From the NCBI GenBank assembly GCA_004764695.1, contig SMSO01000031.1, forward strand, positions 7,298,761-7,362,760: DNA of 64,000 nt, written 5' to 3'. Position 1 is the first letter of the stretch, and each line of letters opens with the position of its first letter. The position numbers were made by a program, and so were the translations under genes. Below are positions 21,701 to 35,400 of the stretch, one piece after another. The notes beneath the pieces were generated by a model, which had not been told where the DNA came from, made no database searches, and saw nothing but the letters and a program-made list of their open reading frames with translations. Source of the DNA: Schizochytrium sp. TIO01. Its lineage: Eukaryota; Protista; Bigyra: Labyrinthulomycetes.

Positions 21701-23687
21701 TCACGAAGGCACTTCACGCGACCACGTTGAAATTGCGCACGGGCTTGCTTCAGAATATGTTAGCAAAAAAGTCCCATACGCCGAGTGGATGGTGGCAAGT
21801 TTACGTTTACCTCGGGAAACTGCGGCATTTTCGGAATTGGTTCGTCTAGGTTGCTGGTTTATAAAGATGGATCAAAATCAACAAAACGCTTTGCTGCAAG
21901 CTCTTTGGCAACAAGGTACCATGTGTTCACGTTCACATCTCCAGGGAACCTTGGAGGAGTCAGGATTCTCAAGCTCCCTACTGTTGGAGAGTTGCATATA
22001 TGCTCAGGCCTTTGTTGTAGCTGAAGGTGAGCGAGATTCTGATGACCAACTGGGTACTAATACAAGTCAGATAGTTTCCCTCAAACATGGCCAATTGGTT
22101 CTGGCAGCTCTTCGAGAGAATGGTGGATATTCAGAGTCAACTGAAAAAGTAGAGGCCCGACGGCTTGCACAAAAAGTCCTACAGCACGTTTATTTATGGC
22201 ATTTCATTCGTGAACAAGGTGGGCTACATGAATATCTTGAAACAATGTATCAAATGGATGTTGATGCTCGTGGGTATCTCAAATTCGGAGATTTTTGCAA
22301 TGCGTTAGGGTGTGGAAATGATGATGCCTTTGCCAGTGCAATATTCTCCTCTAGAGAAAACTCACTAGGCCAATCAGGAGGTATGAATACTGACTACGGA
22401 GACATTTACTATGAGTCAATGATTTTGGAGGCGATAGAGTCGCTATTTCCCAATTCAACGCAAATGGAATTAATAACACATGCAATGCTCAGAAGAGCTA
22501 TGAAGCGATGCCTCCTTGATCATGGAGAATCTTTACTAGATCTGTGTTCATCACATGACTCCGAAAATACAGGATATATTTCAATACACGAGCTTTGCTG
22601 GGAACTTGGCAAGTTAGGCATTCCACTAAGAGCAGAAGGTCCAGAGGCACTCTCAATTTTACGAAAATACTCAACCAAAAGCGGGAAGATAATTATGAGG
22701 AGCTCTGAAGACACCCCACTGTCTCAAATAGATTATGAAACGCTTCTTCTAGATACAGCATTGATTGATGTGAAGGGTAATATTTCCCTTGAGGAGGAAA
22801 TCAAAAGAAACTTTGCCATCAGCGTGCTGAATCGCACTCTTCGTTCGCAGAACCAGTACGATGGAATATTACATTTAATATCCCTAGAGCTTCCGCAACA
22901 AGCCCATGACCTTAGCACATTGGTTTGCGATAAAACTCAACTGGCACGTTTGCTCAACAAGGTTTTCAATTTGATGCCACAAGGGCAGCACCAAATCCAG
23001 CAACTACAAATGTTGAAAGTTCAGCATGTTCTAGATTGTATTGTGGACTCATTTGCTAAAGATGAGAGGGGGCGTTCAAACATTAACCTTGGAGAACTAG
23101 TTGAAAAACTCGATAGAAACAGCAAGGACCAAGCAAGGTATGTATTGCGGTGCATCCTCGAAAAGGCTCGAACTACGTCAATCAATCTCTACGAGGTGTT
23201 TCGTACAATGGACGGTGATTTGGATGGAACTATATCTGTACGAATGCTAAACCAAGCTTTGGAGGCAATAGGGCTGCCAAGTTTGGATGAAAGTGCTTTA
23301 GATCTCTTGGGTGCTTTTACTTCTGAGAGCGTTGTGGCATATGAACTATTACTGGAACGTGCCATTGAATTTGTTTACGATAAACCTCACGAGGGAATGA
23401 GTGCTGATCGTCTGAGGGCAATTGTATGCCGAATCAACGCAATCATAATTCGGAATGGGCATGCAACGAGTGAACGAGGGGTTTTTGCTACCTTAGTGGA
23501 CGAAACAGAGTCCGATAGAAGTGATGCTGGCCTAAGCAATTGGGATCTCTTTTTCACACTCCGAAAGTACAAAGTAGTCGCTATCGAGACAATCGAGGAC
23601 TTGGATTTTGCTCTTGCCCACCTACTCCCGCATAAAATCGCCCCCATAGAAATCGGTATGGAAGATTGGCTTGTTCTAACACGGTGA
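15792..23687 (+). CDS. Large SH3 + SAM + multi-EF-hand protein, ~2,587 aa; exons 15792-16281, 16350-16648, 16713-23687
   Basis: SH3: QLSLEKGSVVWIV..GRWWIGYNAQGKRGAFPDECV. SAM-like: DWTSQQVAMLF..IDGKFL..LGI and TWSVNDVIRL..LDGRGLIDLTRDEMRYELGL. EF-hand-like loops: DADATGFVD, DVDARGYLK, DSENTGYIS, DGDLDGTIS. Introns GTATGA..TAG (16282-16349, phase 1) and GTGAGC..CTGAC..AAG (16649-16712, phase 0) join three ORFs exactly in frame. Start context ACCATGG. Confidence 0.85.
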
Positions 23688-23972
23688 GCTTAGATGATCT
23701 AATCATTTAAACGTAAAATCAAATATCCTCACATTCCCCAAATGCTGGACCGCCCTAAGCGTTCATTTCTTACTCCACAGCGGTTGGGAATAAATGGAAC
23801 CATGAGGGCATCTCGCTTCGTTTAACAAGATTTCACCATTCTAGATATTCAAAGAACCCTTGCATGTCCTTGATTTGCTCATTCGCTTCTCGGCCTTTTC
23901 TGATGATGGACCATGTAGTTTGTCGCCTTTGTACTTCGAAATCAACTTTACTCCCTTCACCGTGGAGGCACT

Positions 23973-24007
23973 ATTCTGTTCTGTTCTATTCTGTTCTGTT
24001 CTGTTCT
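23973..24007. repeat. (TTCTG)n pentanucleotide repeat
   Basis: attctgttctgttctattctgttctgttctgttct. Confidence 0.9.
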
Positions 24008-24619
24008 TCGCATTGTCTTTTAATACTCTATATGTAGTGCCGACTACGCACCTACATAAGTACCCAGTACATCAACGATTGAAGAGATAGTTCTCCACTT
24101 CTCGTTTTCCGAGCAATTGACGCAGCAGCTCGAGAGCATCGCAATGCCAGTCAGTCTCTTCGCCTTCTTTGATAATAAATGCGGGCAGATCGCCTCCACC
24201 ACCTTGGACTCCATATCTACTATAGAGAGCGCAGTTGGCGTGCTGGATGGATTGAGGTTCCCAATAACCGAGCAGTCGCTCGCTCGTGCAGGAAGGCTGC
24301 TTCGCCGGAGGTGCCAAGTCTTCTCCACCCTCCTCAACTGTCTGCTTGAACAATCCTAAAAGCTCTACACCCCTGCAGGTGCATTGGAATGAAGCCAAGT
24401 GCAAACGCGGTGCCGGCTGCTGCAGTGGAACTCATGCACGGGATGGAATACAGTAATGTTGGCCACCAACACCAACCAGCGACGACGATGACAGCGACGA
24501 TGACAAGCACCCGTGATGTGACAAGAGGAACGTTCATGGGATGGAATAATCGGTATTCGGGGTTCAGGAAGGAGGGTGTAGGTCAGCAGGAACACCAAGG
24601 AGAGCACGACCGCCTAGCA

Positions 24620-24650
24620 CAGCAGCAACAGCAGCAGCAGCAGCAGCAGC
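24620..24650. repeat. (CAG)n trinucleotide repeat
   Basis: cagcagcaacagcagcagcagcagcagcagc. Confidence 0.9.
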
Positions 24651-25146
24651 GACAAGAACTCGAAACCCTGCACATGGCGAAGATCGACACCAGCAGCGAC
24701 TCAGGCTCGCGGTCAAGGCCCAGCTTATGGAGATCGGGAGGGTGCTCTTGTCGCCTCAAGCCATTGAGATGGACTGAGGATCATATGGTTGACTGACTGA
24801 CTGATTGGTTGATCGTTGATTAGTCGATTGGTCGGGTCTCTGACTGAGACTTTGATCGATTCTTGTGACGCTGTTCTGCGCCGGGTCTTTCATCTCTTCA
24901 TTCATTGCCTGCTTCTTCATAGTGGATTATCTGTGGCGGTCTCTCTCATCAGCGTGAACTTCATGCTTGCGGGAATTCCAGACGGCAGCCCAAGGTTCAA
25001 AACAAGCTCGAGGACTCAAACGAATCAAGACGCCGATGAGCAGCCTTGCAAGCTTGAGCTCAATGCCAGGTCTCTTCGATGTTTTGTTGCAGGTGCCGAG
25101 ATCAAAATCATTTCAAGAAGAAGAGGAAACTAATCGGCATAGAACA

Positions 25147-25177
<31 letters not shown>

Positions 25178-25634
25178 GGAACTTTGAAGGGTCGCATTAG
25201 AACTCGCTAAGTGAGTGGTAGCCATGGGTAGTAGTAGTGCAGAATGCCTCGTTTCTCTAGCACGAGTAGGACAGGGGTAGGGGGTAGTAGGGTACTCCTA
25301 AGCTAAGGCCAGAGATGGGAAAAAGAGAGAAGAGAGAGAGAGAGAGAGTTTCATTGGGAAAATTAACGCTTTTTCGACCATGAAAGTTCTAAAAGGTGGC
25401 TGATAGCAGCTACGAAATGCGCAAGATCGCTGGCAAGGAGGAGCGGGTTTCGAGATTGGCTCTCTCCCCTGAAGGGTTGTTTGCTCCGGCCTGTGCGTAA
25501 TTTGCTTTCTTGTTCTTTTGAGTGTTCCTTTTCCTCTGTTGAAAGGCCTTCTTTTCAAGTTCTTTTCTTTCATTCGGGGGAAAAAGAGAGAAAGAGGAGA
25601 GAGAAAAGGCAGAAAACACACGTAATAGGTACTA

Positions 25635-25683
<49 letters not shown>
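25635..25683. repeat. (AAT)n microsatellite
   Basis: About 16 AAT units. Confidence 0.97.
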
Positions 25684-26494
25684 GTATTGAATTGAAGTAC
25701 TTTCAAAACAAATTAAATAATAAAGATATAGTCTTCCTACTAGGAGTAGATACAGAGATGGCTACTGTAATATAAAAGTGTTGACAAAAGAATAAAAATG
25801 AAAAGAAAGAATGAAAAGAAAGAGTGAAAAGAAAGAAAGAATGAAAATTGTGAATGATAGATCATCGATCGATCAACCAACAGCAGAGCCCAACGAGGCG
25901 ATACGTAGCGGCGCAGGAGGGCGCGCAGGCGGGTAGCGAAAACGGTCCTGGCGGCCAAAAAGGGACCGCGAAGGTCAGTTGGCCCTGAGCCTGGCCGGTC
26001 TCGCTCTTATACTGAGCCTGGGGCTGTAGGTCCCGAGCTGCATGCAAGGCGCCGAAAGCGGTTGAAGTTCCTTTCTTTCTAGCCTATTCCAGTAAAACAT
26101 CATCTTCTTCATAAGGAGAGAAGGGGTTGCAAGGCAGGTCCCATCCCAGCGCAAGTAAACCTCAAGAGATCGACGCGGGCCAGCTCCGTGCTCGCAAGAA
26201 GGACTTGTAGAGGCCGACGAGGCAACTCTGTGCCGCAGCAGAAAGTTGGTTCTTGGTTTGGACACGGTGGGGAAGGAAGGCCCTTTGGCAGAATCTGCGT
26301 CACCGAGCACTGCACTCCTTATTAATTTCTAGCTATCTGCTCTTCTATCTTCGTAGTGAAAGACAGGCAACACCTCGAGTTCAAACAAAAATCGAAGAGC
26401 ATTTGAAAGGTGAGACTAAGCTCATTGAGTTGCGTGGGTTCTATAGCGGAAATTAGGTCACGGCGGCCCATCAAGCTTGGTTTTGAGATTGGAA

Positions 26495-29400
26495 ATGTCC
26501 ACCTCGCAGCGAACGGCTATGCCGGACTTGGACCTGGTGCGGGCTCTGCTAGAGGGTTCTCTGCTGCCTTACCTTGACGACGCGGTGCTTGGTAAGCTAG
26601 ACCCTAAAGATTGGGCCCGCCCAGACTCTGCTTCGCAGCAATTCTCATCCTTCAAAGCTGGCAACAGCAATAATAACAGCAACTCAGTTGAAGCTAAAAA
26701 TGTAGCTAGCAACAGCATCGAGGAGGCTAACAAGGAAAACCTGCGTGATGGTCGCAATCAATCATTCAGATCTAGCCATGGTGACATCAACGTTCTGACC
26801 GGCTCGCCCATTGCAACCTTGAATTCTTCTAGCGCAGCTGCTGCGGATACAGCTCGCAAAACAGCACTTTCAAATATCTTGTTAGCTGACGAGGCTGAGC
26901 TAGGATCCAATAACACTATTGTAAATGAGATCCCTGAGCTACGTCTTCCAAGCCAGGCGCATCCGAGTGAGGCGAATGTTGCAAGGCTCTTGCTGACTAA
27001 TACCATTCAAGCTTCATTGGTGCAGGTTAGGGAGTATCTTCAAGGGTGCAAGAGCCTGACGTCAATCTATGCTGCGCAACAAGCGAGCCAGAATGTAGGA
27101 GCAGGACACGGAGGAGAGCCAGCAAACACAACCGAGCGCGGCCGTGCACTGCAACTGCTTCGTATGGTGTATGGTAGAGAGTGCGAAGAAGACAGTACTT
27201 TTGCGGATAGTTATATCGAGGTTGCTGAAAGAGAGGGTCGACTCGGAGAACTCGTTCAGTCGCTCTTGGGTGAAACACAAGTCTCGCGAAAGCTTGCCCC
27301 TGCACAACAGCATCCAGGTGGACTGGATGCAGGCTCAAACGCATTTACTGTTATGGCCATGATGGAAATGCAAATGAGTACGCTGGAACATGCTTTCTTA
27401 GGCTCTGACGCGAACGCTGGTCAGCGACTTGTGAAGTCTACATGCTCACATTTAATGGAGCTTTTCGCAGGTATGCCACTTGGTGTACTTAGTAAGATGG
27501 CATCATGGGAACACGAGACTTTTGATGCTTTAGGCCAAAAACTCATGGATTTAGCACAGGGGCAACTAGGGAAACTTGATGATGAGTCAGTAGCTTCGAC
27601 GCTGGATATGGTAGATATGTTCTTGCTTGCCATGTCGCTGCAAAGAAGCTCCCTTGATGGTGTTATTGCTACCCTTCGACGTATAATGGATCGATCTGAG
27701 AAGCCATTGGCTGATTTCGACGAAGTCTTAGACCGTCTGTTGCAGCGTCTAAGTGTAGCAAACCTTTATTGTCCTATTGATACGGAGTCTATGCGATCGG
27801 ATGCTCTCCCAACCTGGCTCCAAAAGGAGGAAAATCGAACACCTTACGAAACCCATGTGCGTTGGTCGTCATTCAACGCTGGAGACTCAAACTCAAAATC
27901 GGCACGGAACAATAGCGAACTCCTTGCCACTAGTGGTTACGAGCAACATCTTGATGTCCCCGTTGATGAAGAACGTGAGACAAAGTCTGGAGACCCCAAC
28001 TCACAGTCTTCTTCGCGTCCACTTCGTATTGGGGACTATGTCCGGCTCGCAGATGATGCAGTGCCCAACGCAGCCCTCGCCCATGGTGAGCGGGGAAGAA
28101 TTTGTTTTGATAATCCTACCTCGGCTACACCATTTCGCGTATATGGGCCTCGTGGGGACCCAGGTGTTTGGTTTTCCAGTCAAAGTCTTGTGCCTGCCAA
28201 AATGGACGCCCGGGAAGACGAGCTACGTGGTAATGTTAGTCAGATTGATGTTGAAATTGATGAGGAAAAGGCCGCTACTAACCGTGAATCTTGCGAAGGT
28301 CAAGCTTTCCCATGGAAAAGGAAAAGCCGTGACGCTCTCAGCGTTTCACACGACGGACGCTTCCTTTACATTTGTGGTGAAAGTATTGGTGGCATTGCCC
28401 GAGTTGGTTCTGGCGCAGCTGGACTCGGGTCAACTGCGACCCTAGCGGGTCATGTATATGCCCATTTCCCGCTTAACTGGGAGAGCATGGGGAGATTGAA
28501 CGAAAATCCTAGTGCCCAACTCGGGTGGACTACGGAACTTGCGGATGATAAGCTTCTTATCGTTTCGAGGCGACGTGGAAGTGCTTGGGTGGAAGTGCAG
28601 TATCTTCAAGCTTCGACACTTTCTCGTTTGGCATCACCAGGCCTGACTCAGTCTCTTCGTTTTCGACTTACTGATGTGCGGGAAGCTATTCGGGAGCAGT
28701 TTGTTGGCGTCAGAGGCGCTGATATGCTATCCTGTGAAGCAGTGACAACTCCATCTGGCGTGGACGTTGTCAGAATTCAATTGAATAAACATTCTGATTC
28801 AGATGGCTCGCAAACTCCTTCGCCTATTTATGGTACTCCTGTGTCGTCCTCAATTGCGTGGATGGGTTCTGGGTCTGCCTGGATCACCGGAAGTGGTTGC
28901 TGGTACTTTGAAGTGACTTTACGACGTGCTGGACTTATTTCTGTAGGCTGGGCTACCCCGGCTTTCTTTAACGAACATGCTGAAGACAACCTTGCGGCAG
29001 CGTGGACAATGCAGCTTGGTAATGGAACTGTAACAGACGAACATGGTATTTCACGTTCTTGGGGCGAGCCTTGCAAGGAAGGCGATATTATTGGCTGTAC
29101 GCTTGACACATCTGAAGTTGCAACAGGCGGTACAGTTCGAATTATGTTTTCTAAAAATGGCTCATGGGCTTATCCCTTTGGGACCGCTTTCACTGTTGAT
29201 GGGCCTGTACTTTATGCCCGTCCAGTCATCATCTTAGGCGCCGACCCTTCACAAATAACTTCTGTTCGGCGATCCGATAGTGCTGCAGGTATCTCCTCCA
29301 ACGTTGATGCAACGGGAAATACACACTCAAACCAGCTAGGAAGCAAGAATGAAATGCGATCAGAGCCATGTGTGGATGTCTGCATTGGTTCGCTAAAGGA

Positions 29401-32400
29401 GTCTGAGGGAGAGCCTGCCCTCGGAAGAGGTCGCCTGCGCTATGCGCCTGCATCAAGCTCTCCGTGGCGTCCCGTCGCGTGGAGCGCCGGTAGCAGCCTT
29501 ATGGATGAGCATTTGGGTGACGAACTCGACACATACGAGGAGGAAGATGATGATGATGACGCCCTGACGGACGAACGAGGCGATTCAATCTCTCGTGCAT
29601 CTAGCCCAGAAAATCCTCGTCATAGTTTTGGTACGTCGGAGAGTAAAGTTGATGCTAATTATAAGAGCCCTGGGTTGTACTCTGCATCTCAGTTTACTTC
29701 TTCTGGCTCGGGATTACCCGGAACGGATCCCTCCACTAGCTCTTGGCCAGAGCATGCTGCTGTTCTCCCCCCTCTTACCAGTGATGGTCGTTGGGTATAC
29801 TGTGTAGAGCGCTCCGCGCCACTGCTGCCAGGTGCTATGCAAGCTGCCGGTTTATATATTCGAGCTTTCGACCCAGCTAAATCGATGGAGCTAGCACGTA
29901 CCTGGCGAGTTGACCAGGTCTCTAACCTGGAGAATTTTCCGACTTTTGAGCGTGTCTCGAGCTGGAGCTTATTTACTAATGGAGACGACCTCGTGATTGT
30001 AGATGAATTTAAGAACGAAAACTCTTTCTCGCAAGGCACAAGTTCGGGATACACAAGGCGATGCGCAATTGTACCAATTGCAACCATTCACTCCGTTTCC
30101 CCATCTTCTCCTCTTTCGCAATCAAAATCAACAACGAACGACAAAACTTTCGATGACTGCTGGAACCGAGACAACTGGCCTGGTGGGGTGGACGCAAAAG
30201 TAAGGATACTTCCAGTTGTTAATGATGTTGTTTCAGCTCGAGATGCTTACAGCTTCTCCAGAACGCACAGTTTGGTATGGGTCTGGAATGGTGCTCATAA
30301 TCTGTGCCGAGCATATGATATTCAAGGATTCCCTTCGTTCGATCGTTCATCTTGGGAAGTGTTAAATGTGTCTGATCGGCACTCACGACGGCAACTTTGT
30401 GTGCAGGTCCTCACAGCGATTGCTCGAGTGGGAGCTCCATTCACACGCCTTCGTTCCAGCAGGGGGATTTTCCAAGCCACAATGAAAGATTTATTGCAAG
30501 ATCGGGAAAAGGAAGCTATGTCCTCACCTGTAGATCCCTCCAAGAATGCATTCATTATGCATGATGAAGTGACGCTCGAATATATCTTGGATATCCTGCG
30601 GCTTCTTTTACAGACAATCCGTGCGGAAGGAGTTGACAATAAAACAGATGTTGTTAGTCGAGCTGGTGTTGACGCTTGCTTGCGTATTATCCTTGCAAAC
30701 TCAACTGATCTTCCTTTGGATATTGATCCGACACTTACTCAAAACATCTCTGAAACTTGTCTTTCACTGCTCAAAGAAGAATCAAATGGGAATATTAGGT
30801 CTGTACAAGAAATAGCAGTTGACTTTTTTGCCCAGGCTCTACCGATTATCTTCCCAACTTTACAGAAGAAGGTGCAATTTATTCAACAAGAACTGTCGAC
30901 TATTTCTGTCGAGGCACTTCGAAGCAAGCGTGCTCTTGCTAGGTTGTATTGCATCGTTATTCAGTCGATGACAGCTAACCTTCTGCTGCTTCCGTTTGAA
31001 AAGCAGATTGTCGAATCTGCTGGAGTACTTCCTCGGATTCTAAATATTGTGGAAAAACTCTCGTTCGATCAACTTGGCGAATTGATGAAGCTAAATCTGT
31101 CTTCTCAATCTTGCTCGGTCGAGAACGACTCGCTAGCTCACCTTTGCGACGCAAGTAATGGTTTGTTAGTATCTCTTTTGAACTCCGGTCTTTGTGATGC
31201 TTCAGTGAAGCCATCGTCAATAGCATCGTCTAGCTTAGTTCAAATTATAGACATCTTCTCAGTTGTTTTAGAGAAATGTTCGGCGATCTTATCGAGTGCC
31301 TGTGATGCTGCATGCTCGATTCAAACTAACGTAGTCGATGTCGAGACTAGGTCTACACACTTTGCGACATTAAGCAAGATTGTCCAACACAGTCTTGTTG
31401 GCCGAGTATTCCCAATTGTTTGTGGATGGCTTGAATTTCTCTTTCGTTCTCCAACTACGCGCACCTCTGTGGCATCAGCCTTGCTGAGCAATGATCATCT
31501 CCTTGGATCAATGACCCACTTTGTTGGTCTTGTTGTCCAATTTTCTTCAGCTCTTGCCTCAGAAGGGGCCTCGCTAACAGGAAAGTCGCAGACAAGTGCT
31601 CCGTTAGTTCAACAACAAAAGTCTGGCCCGCGGAAACTGGGTCTTCAACGGCGAAGCAGTACGATTGTCATGGCAGCTGCAATTGCAGCTCAGCAGGCAT
31701 CAGCCTCCAAAGAGAAGCCATGGACTTATGCTTGGTCTAGGACAATTCCTGTTACGCTCGTTTATGAATCGGACCATGAATATAGTAATAACACATCGGA
31801 ACGCCGGACTATTGAAGTGCCCGGCGCAAAATCATTGAAGATTGTTTTTGATGAACGAACCTCAACCGAAGAGAATCGTGACTTCCTGCGATTTTTGAGG
31901 ATTCCAGATGGTGGAAGACCCGAAGACGCGTTTCGGGGTTCCTCTCTCGAATCCTGCCCTGAACATCTTCGTTATGGTGAGGAGCGATACAGTGGATCCC
32001 ATGCTTGGCCAGGTGTTAACGGAGTTCCGCCTCTGGTTATTCCTGGTAACAAGTGTGTCATGACATTTATATCCGATAGCAGTGATGTTGACTGGGGCTA
32101 TCGGTTCAAAGTCATTGCTGAGGTCTCTGAGGTAAGACGTGTAACAGCAAGACCATGGATCGATCATCTTGCTGGTATGTCTCGTGATCTCGTTTCATCT
32201 CTCATTGGTGGGATGGTGGGCAGTAGCACTACTCTCAGTACCGAGGAGATGCGCAATCTTCGCTGGGTACAAAACCCTATTTTAAGCGGAGGTTTGGTGG
32301 ACCCTGCTGGTATGGCTTCAGTGGCAATCCCCAACCCATGCCCTACTCCGTCAAGGAAGGCAGATCTTCCTCCTATGGTACCACGAAAGATGACTTCAGA

Positions 32401-35400
32401 CACAACGGACCGGAAGAGCCTGCCAAATAAGCAAGTGGAGTCGAAGCAGTCTGGGAATAGTGCCGAAAATTCCGAAGACCATAGCGGTGGTCTTTGGAAG
32501 CGACGTGGTGCTAATGGCCGCACTAGTAACAACTCGCAAGGTCCGACCCTATCCTCAAGCTTGAGCAATCCTAAACTTCCCTTGCGCTCGCGTGCACGGA
32601 CGCATTCTAGCACAAGGCTACGATTGCATTCTTTGAGTGAAGATGACCGGAATAAAGTTTCAAACATGCTCATCGAGATGATGAGCCCTGAATTCCCGCC
32701 CCCGAATCTAGGTGGTGCTTTGTTTCAAGCTCTTCGTAGCCAGCGCGTTCCTCTTGATCAAGGCTTTTTCACGCACCGGGCTGCCGCTGCTCTCGGGGCA
32801 GCGCTAATCCGGGTGAATGGTCTTGAGCGGGAAGCTCTCCGTGTTGCCAAAGCTCACTTGAATGCTCCACAAAACAATGAGCCTCCGTCTGCTCGATTGT
32901 TAAAGGTATGGAGTGCAGCACAATACATTCGCTCATGGGCAGATCAGCTTGTGGTCAATGGGCAAGTTCAGCACCACGTCGAGGCTAGCCTTCCTGATGG
33001 ATCCCCGCTACGTGCGAAACTATTAGATAAAATATCTCGCGCCAATGAGTATGATGATGCTGAAGAGCCACTGTACGAAGCCATTTGCGAAATCGTTTCC
33101 GAGCGTGCGCGCTTTCTGATTATGGACGTTGCGCCTCCAACTTCGCGGATGATTTCTTTGAGGTCTGCTTGCAGAGATGCCGCCCGAGCTCGCTGGCACC
33201 GCCTGCGGCGGCACTTCTGCCCACGAACTCAGCGCATGCTTCAGGAGAAAAAACGCTGGGACGTTCTTTTAGGAGCGCTTCGGGCTTTATCATCTCTTCG
33301 GTCTATGGTTGATCGTCATCGCTCTGCAGCACAGAAGATGGCTATTTCTCTTACAAGAACAAGGAGCTCTACTCTCACAAGGCCCTCCTCGTATGAATCT
33401 GATCTTGGTCGAGAACGCGCAGGTAGTCGTGATCGCAGCATTAGTCGCGACAGGTCTTTGAGCCGGGATATGCCAGCAGACAGCGCGATTGAGGATGCTG
33501 CACCATCTCGGGCTCAGCCTATTCTTCGCCTTGGCCGCGGAGCATCTGGTACTTTGGCTTTAGAAAGTCCTTTGAATACCCCCCCTCATTTGCTTTCAGC
33601 TCGCTCAGCCTCAAGTACAAATTCAGCATCTTCTGCCAAATCTAGCCATTTCAACTTTCATGCCCCGTTTCGTCGCCGCGAGCGTGTGAGTGGTGGTCTT
33701 CGACGCAACTCTATTGTTGAAGTGGATGGTGATGTTGACATGTTTGTGCAAGAGCATGACCAGTCTCTTTCGGATTCTGTCAACACTTTCCTGCAAGCTG
33801 CAGTGCCAGTCGATGCAGATGCTTTACGCGCTGTGCTTGCACAACGCAATGAACGTGCATTAATGCGGACTGCGGGCTTTGACTTCATCAACAACCTTAC
33901 AGCTTTGGCACGCACAGAAATGCGCCACCGTGACGGGAAACTCTTATTCGATACAGTTTTATCTTCTACCACGCGTGCTCTTCGTGGAATGGACAATACA
34001 CATCATCTTACTGTCGAGTCCGGTAAGAGGATTTTGACGGCACTTCGCTCTGAGGAAAAGGAAAACATCGCCCTCATTGCAACTGAGGCAGCAGTACTCA
34101 CAGCTTCTTCAGTGAGACACTTGAATCCAGAGATAGCCCAGTCACTGATTCATGATGCGGAGCAATATGAAGTGGTGGAAAAACATCAGCAGCTTGAAAA
34201 TGAAGCACGGGTAAATACAGGCCAGGCATCAATCATTCCACGTGGCCTTACTGAGTCGCACTTTATGACTGACTTGCCTGGATGTAGTTTGTCGCTCCGC
34301 GAAAGTGTGACACGTAGCTTTTTGTCCTTTTTACGGTCCATTAATGTTCTTCTTCAACTGAGTCTGCGCCAGCAAAATTCGGTTGCGCTTGCACTTAGAG
34401 GAGAACGCAAGGTCGAAGATGACCTGGAACTCACATCTTGGCACAAGCGTAATTTGCAGGCTCTACTGACCCAAATTATGAGCCAGATTCAGCAGTACAT
34501 CCACGTTGTATCGCTCGATTATGTTGAGGGTGACTTTGACCTTTTAGCGGAAAGCGATATTGTTACAGGGCTGCGATCTGTACTTTTTCACGATTTTAAG
34601 GATGTCTATGATGTCGAAGTTGTTCGGTCTGTTGCCGATAAATGCTTTGAGCTGCTCCTGCGGCGTTGCATTTGTGAAACAGGCCAGGAAGCGGAGGAAA
34701 CTCTCCGCTTTACTTCTGGAAACAGCCTGCAGCAATCACTTCTTGATGTTCTTGTTGCTCTTTTAGAGAACTCATTAATGCAAACAGTCCGTGGTATGAT
34801 ATCACATGAGCCTCAGGGGATACTGAACTCTCTACTTGACAACACACAAGATGTGGCTATTACGGATGCAGATGAAGATCATTCCTCACTTGAAAAATCA
34901 TCTATTATTCTTCGAGGTGAAGATTTCAATATTGTTGCAGACCGTGTGGATCTTGATTCGCGAGTGTCTACAATTAACTTCCGTTTGCATTTCTCAGATA
35001 AAAAGGCAGGTCACTTTAGAGCTGGACGACTGTTCTCAATCGGCAACCCACAGGTAGAAGTTGACGCAATCAGCGCAACAACCTCTCAGTATATTGCCGG
35101 GCCTCCAGATGACCAAATGCATGTTGCGCGCTTCGCCTTTCTCGAAGTTGGGCTTGACGCCGAACGCCGTTTGGTCGTTACTGTTGGGGATTTGGTCGGT
35201 GTCGCAGTTACAACCGTGTCAGAGTTTGCTCTGCCAGATTCGATGGATTGCGAAATTAGCGTTGTTCTTCGCGAATGCTCATCCATCGAAATGCACATTG
35301 TGAGTAGCTCATTTGTTGGAGAAAAGTGCCAAGACAACGAAAGTCGCATTTATACTGTTGAAGAATTCTACGGGGTCCTGTTGGAGGTCGGGCAATTGCC

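Noticed and set aside
26010-26290. SRP RNA Alu-like motif (GGGGCTGTAGGTCCC)
   Set aside because: No helix-8 motif; more likely GC-rich promoter/5'UTR of the HECT gene.
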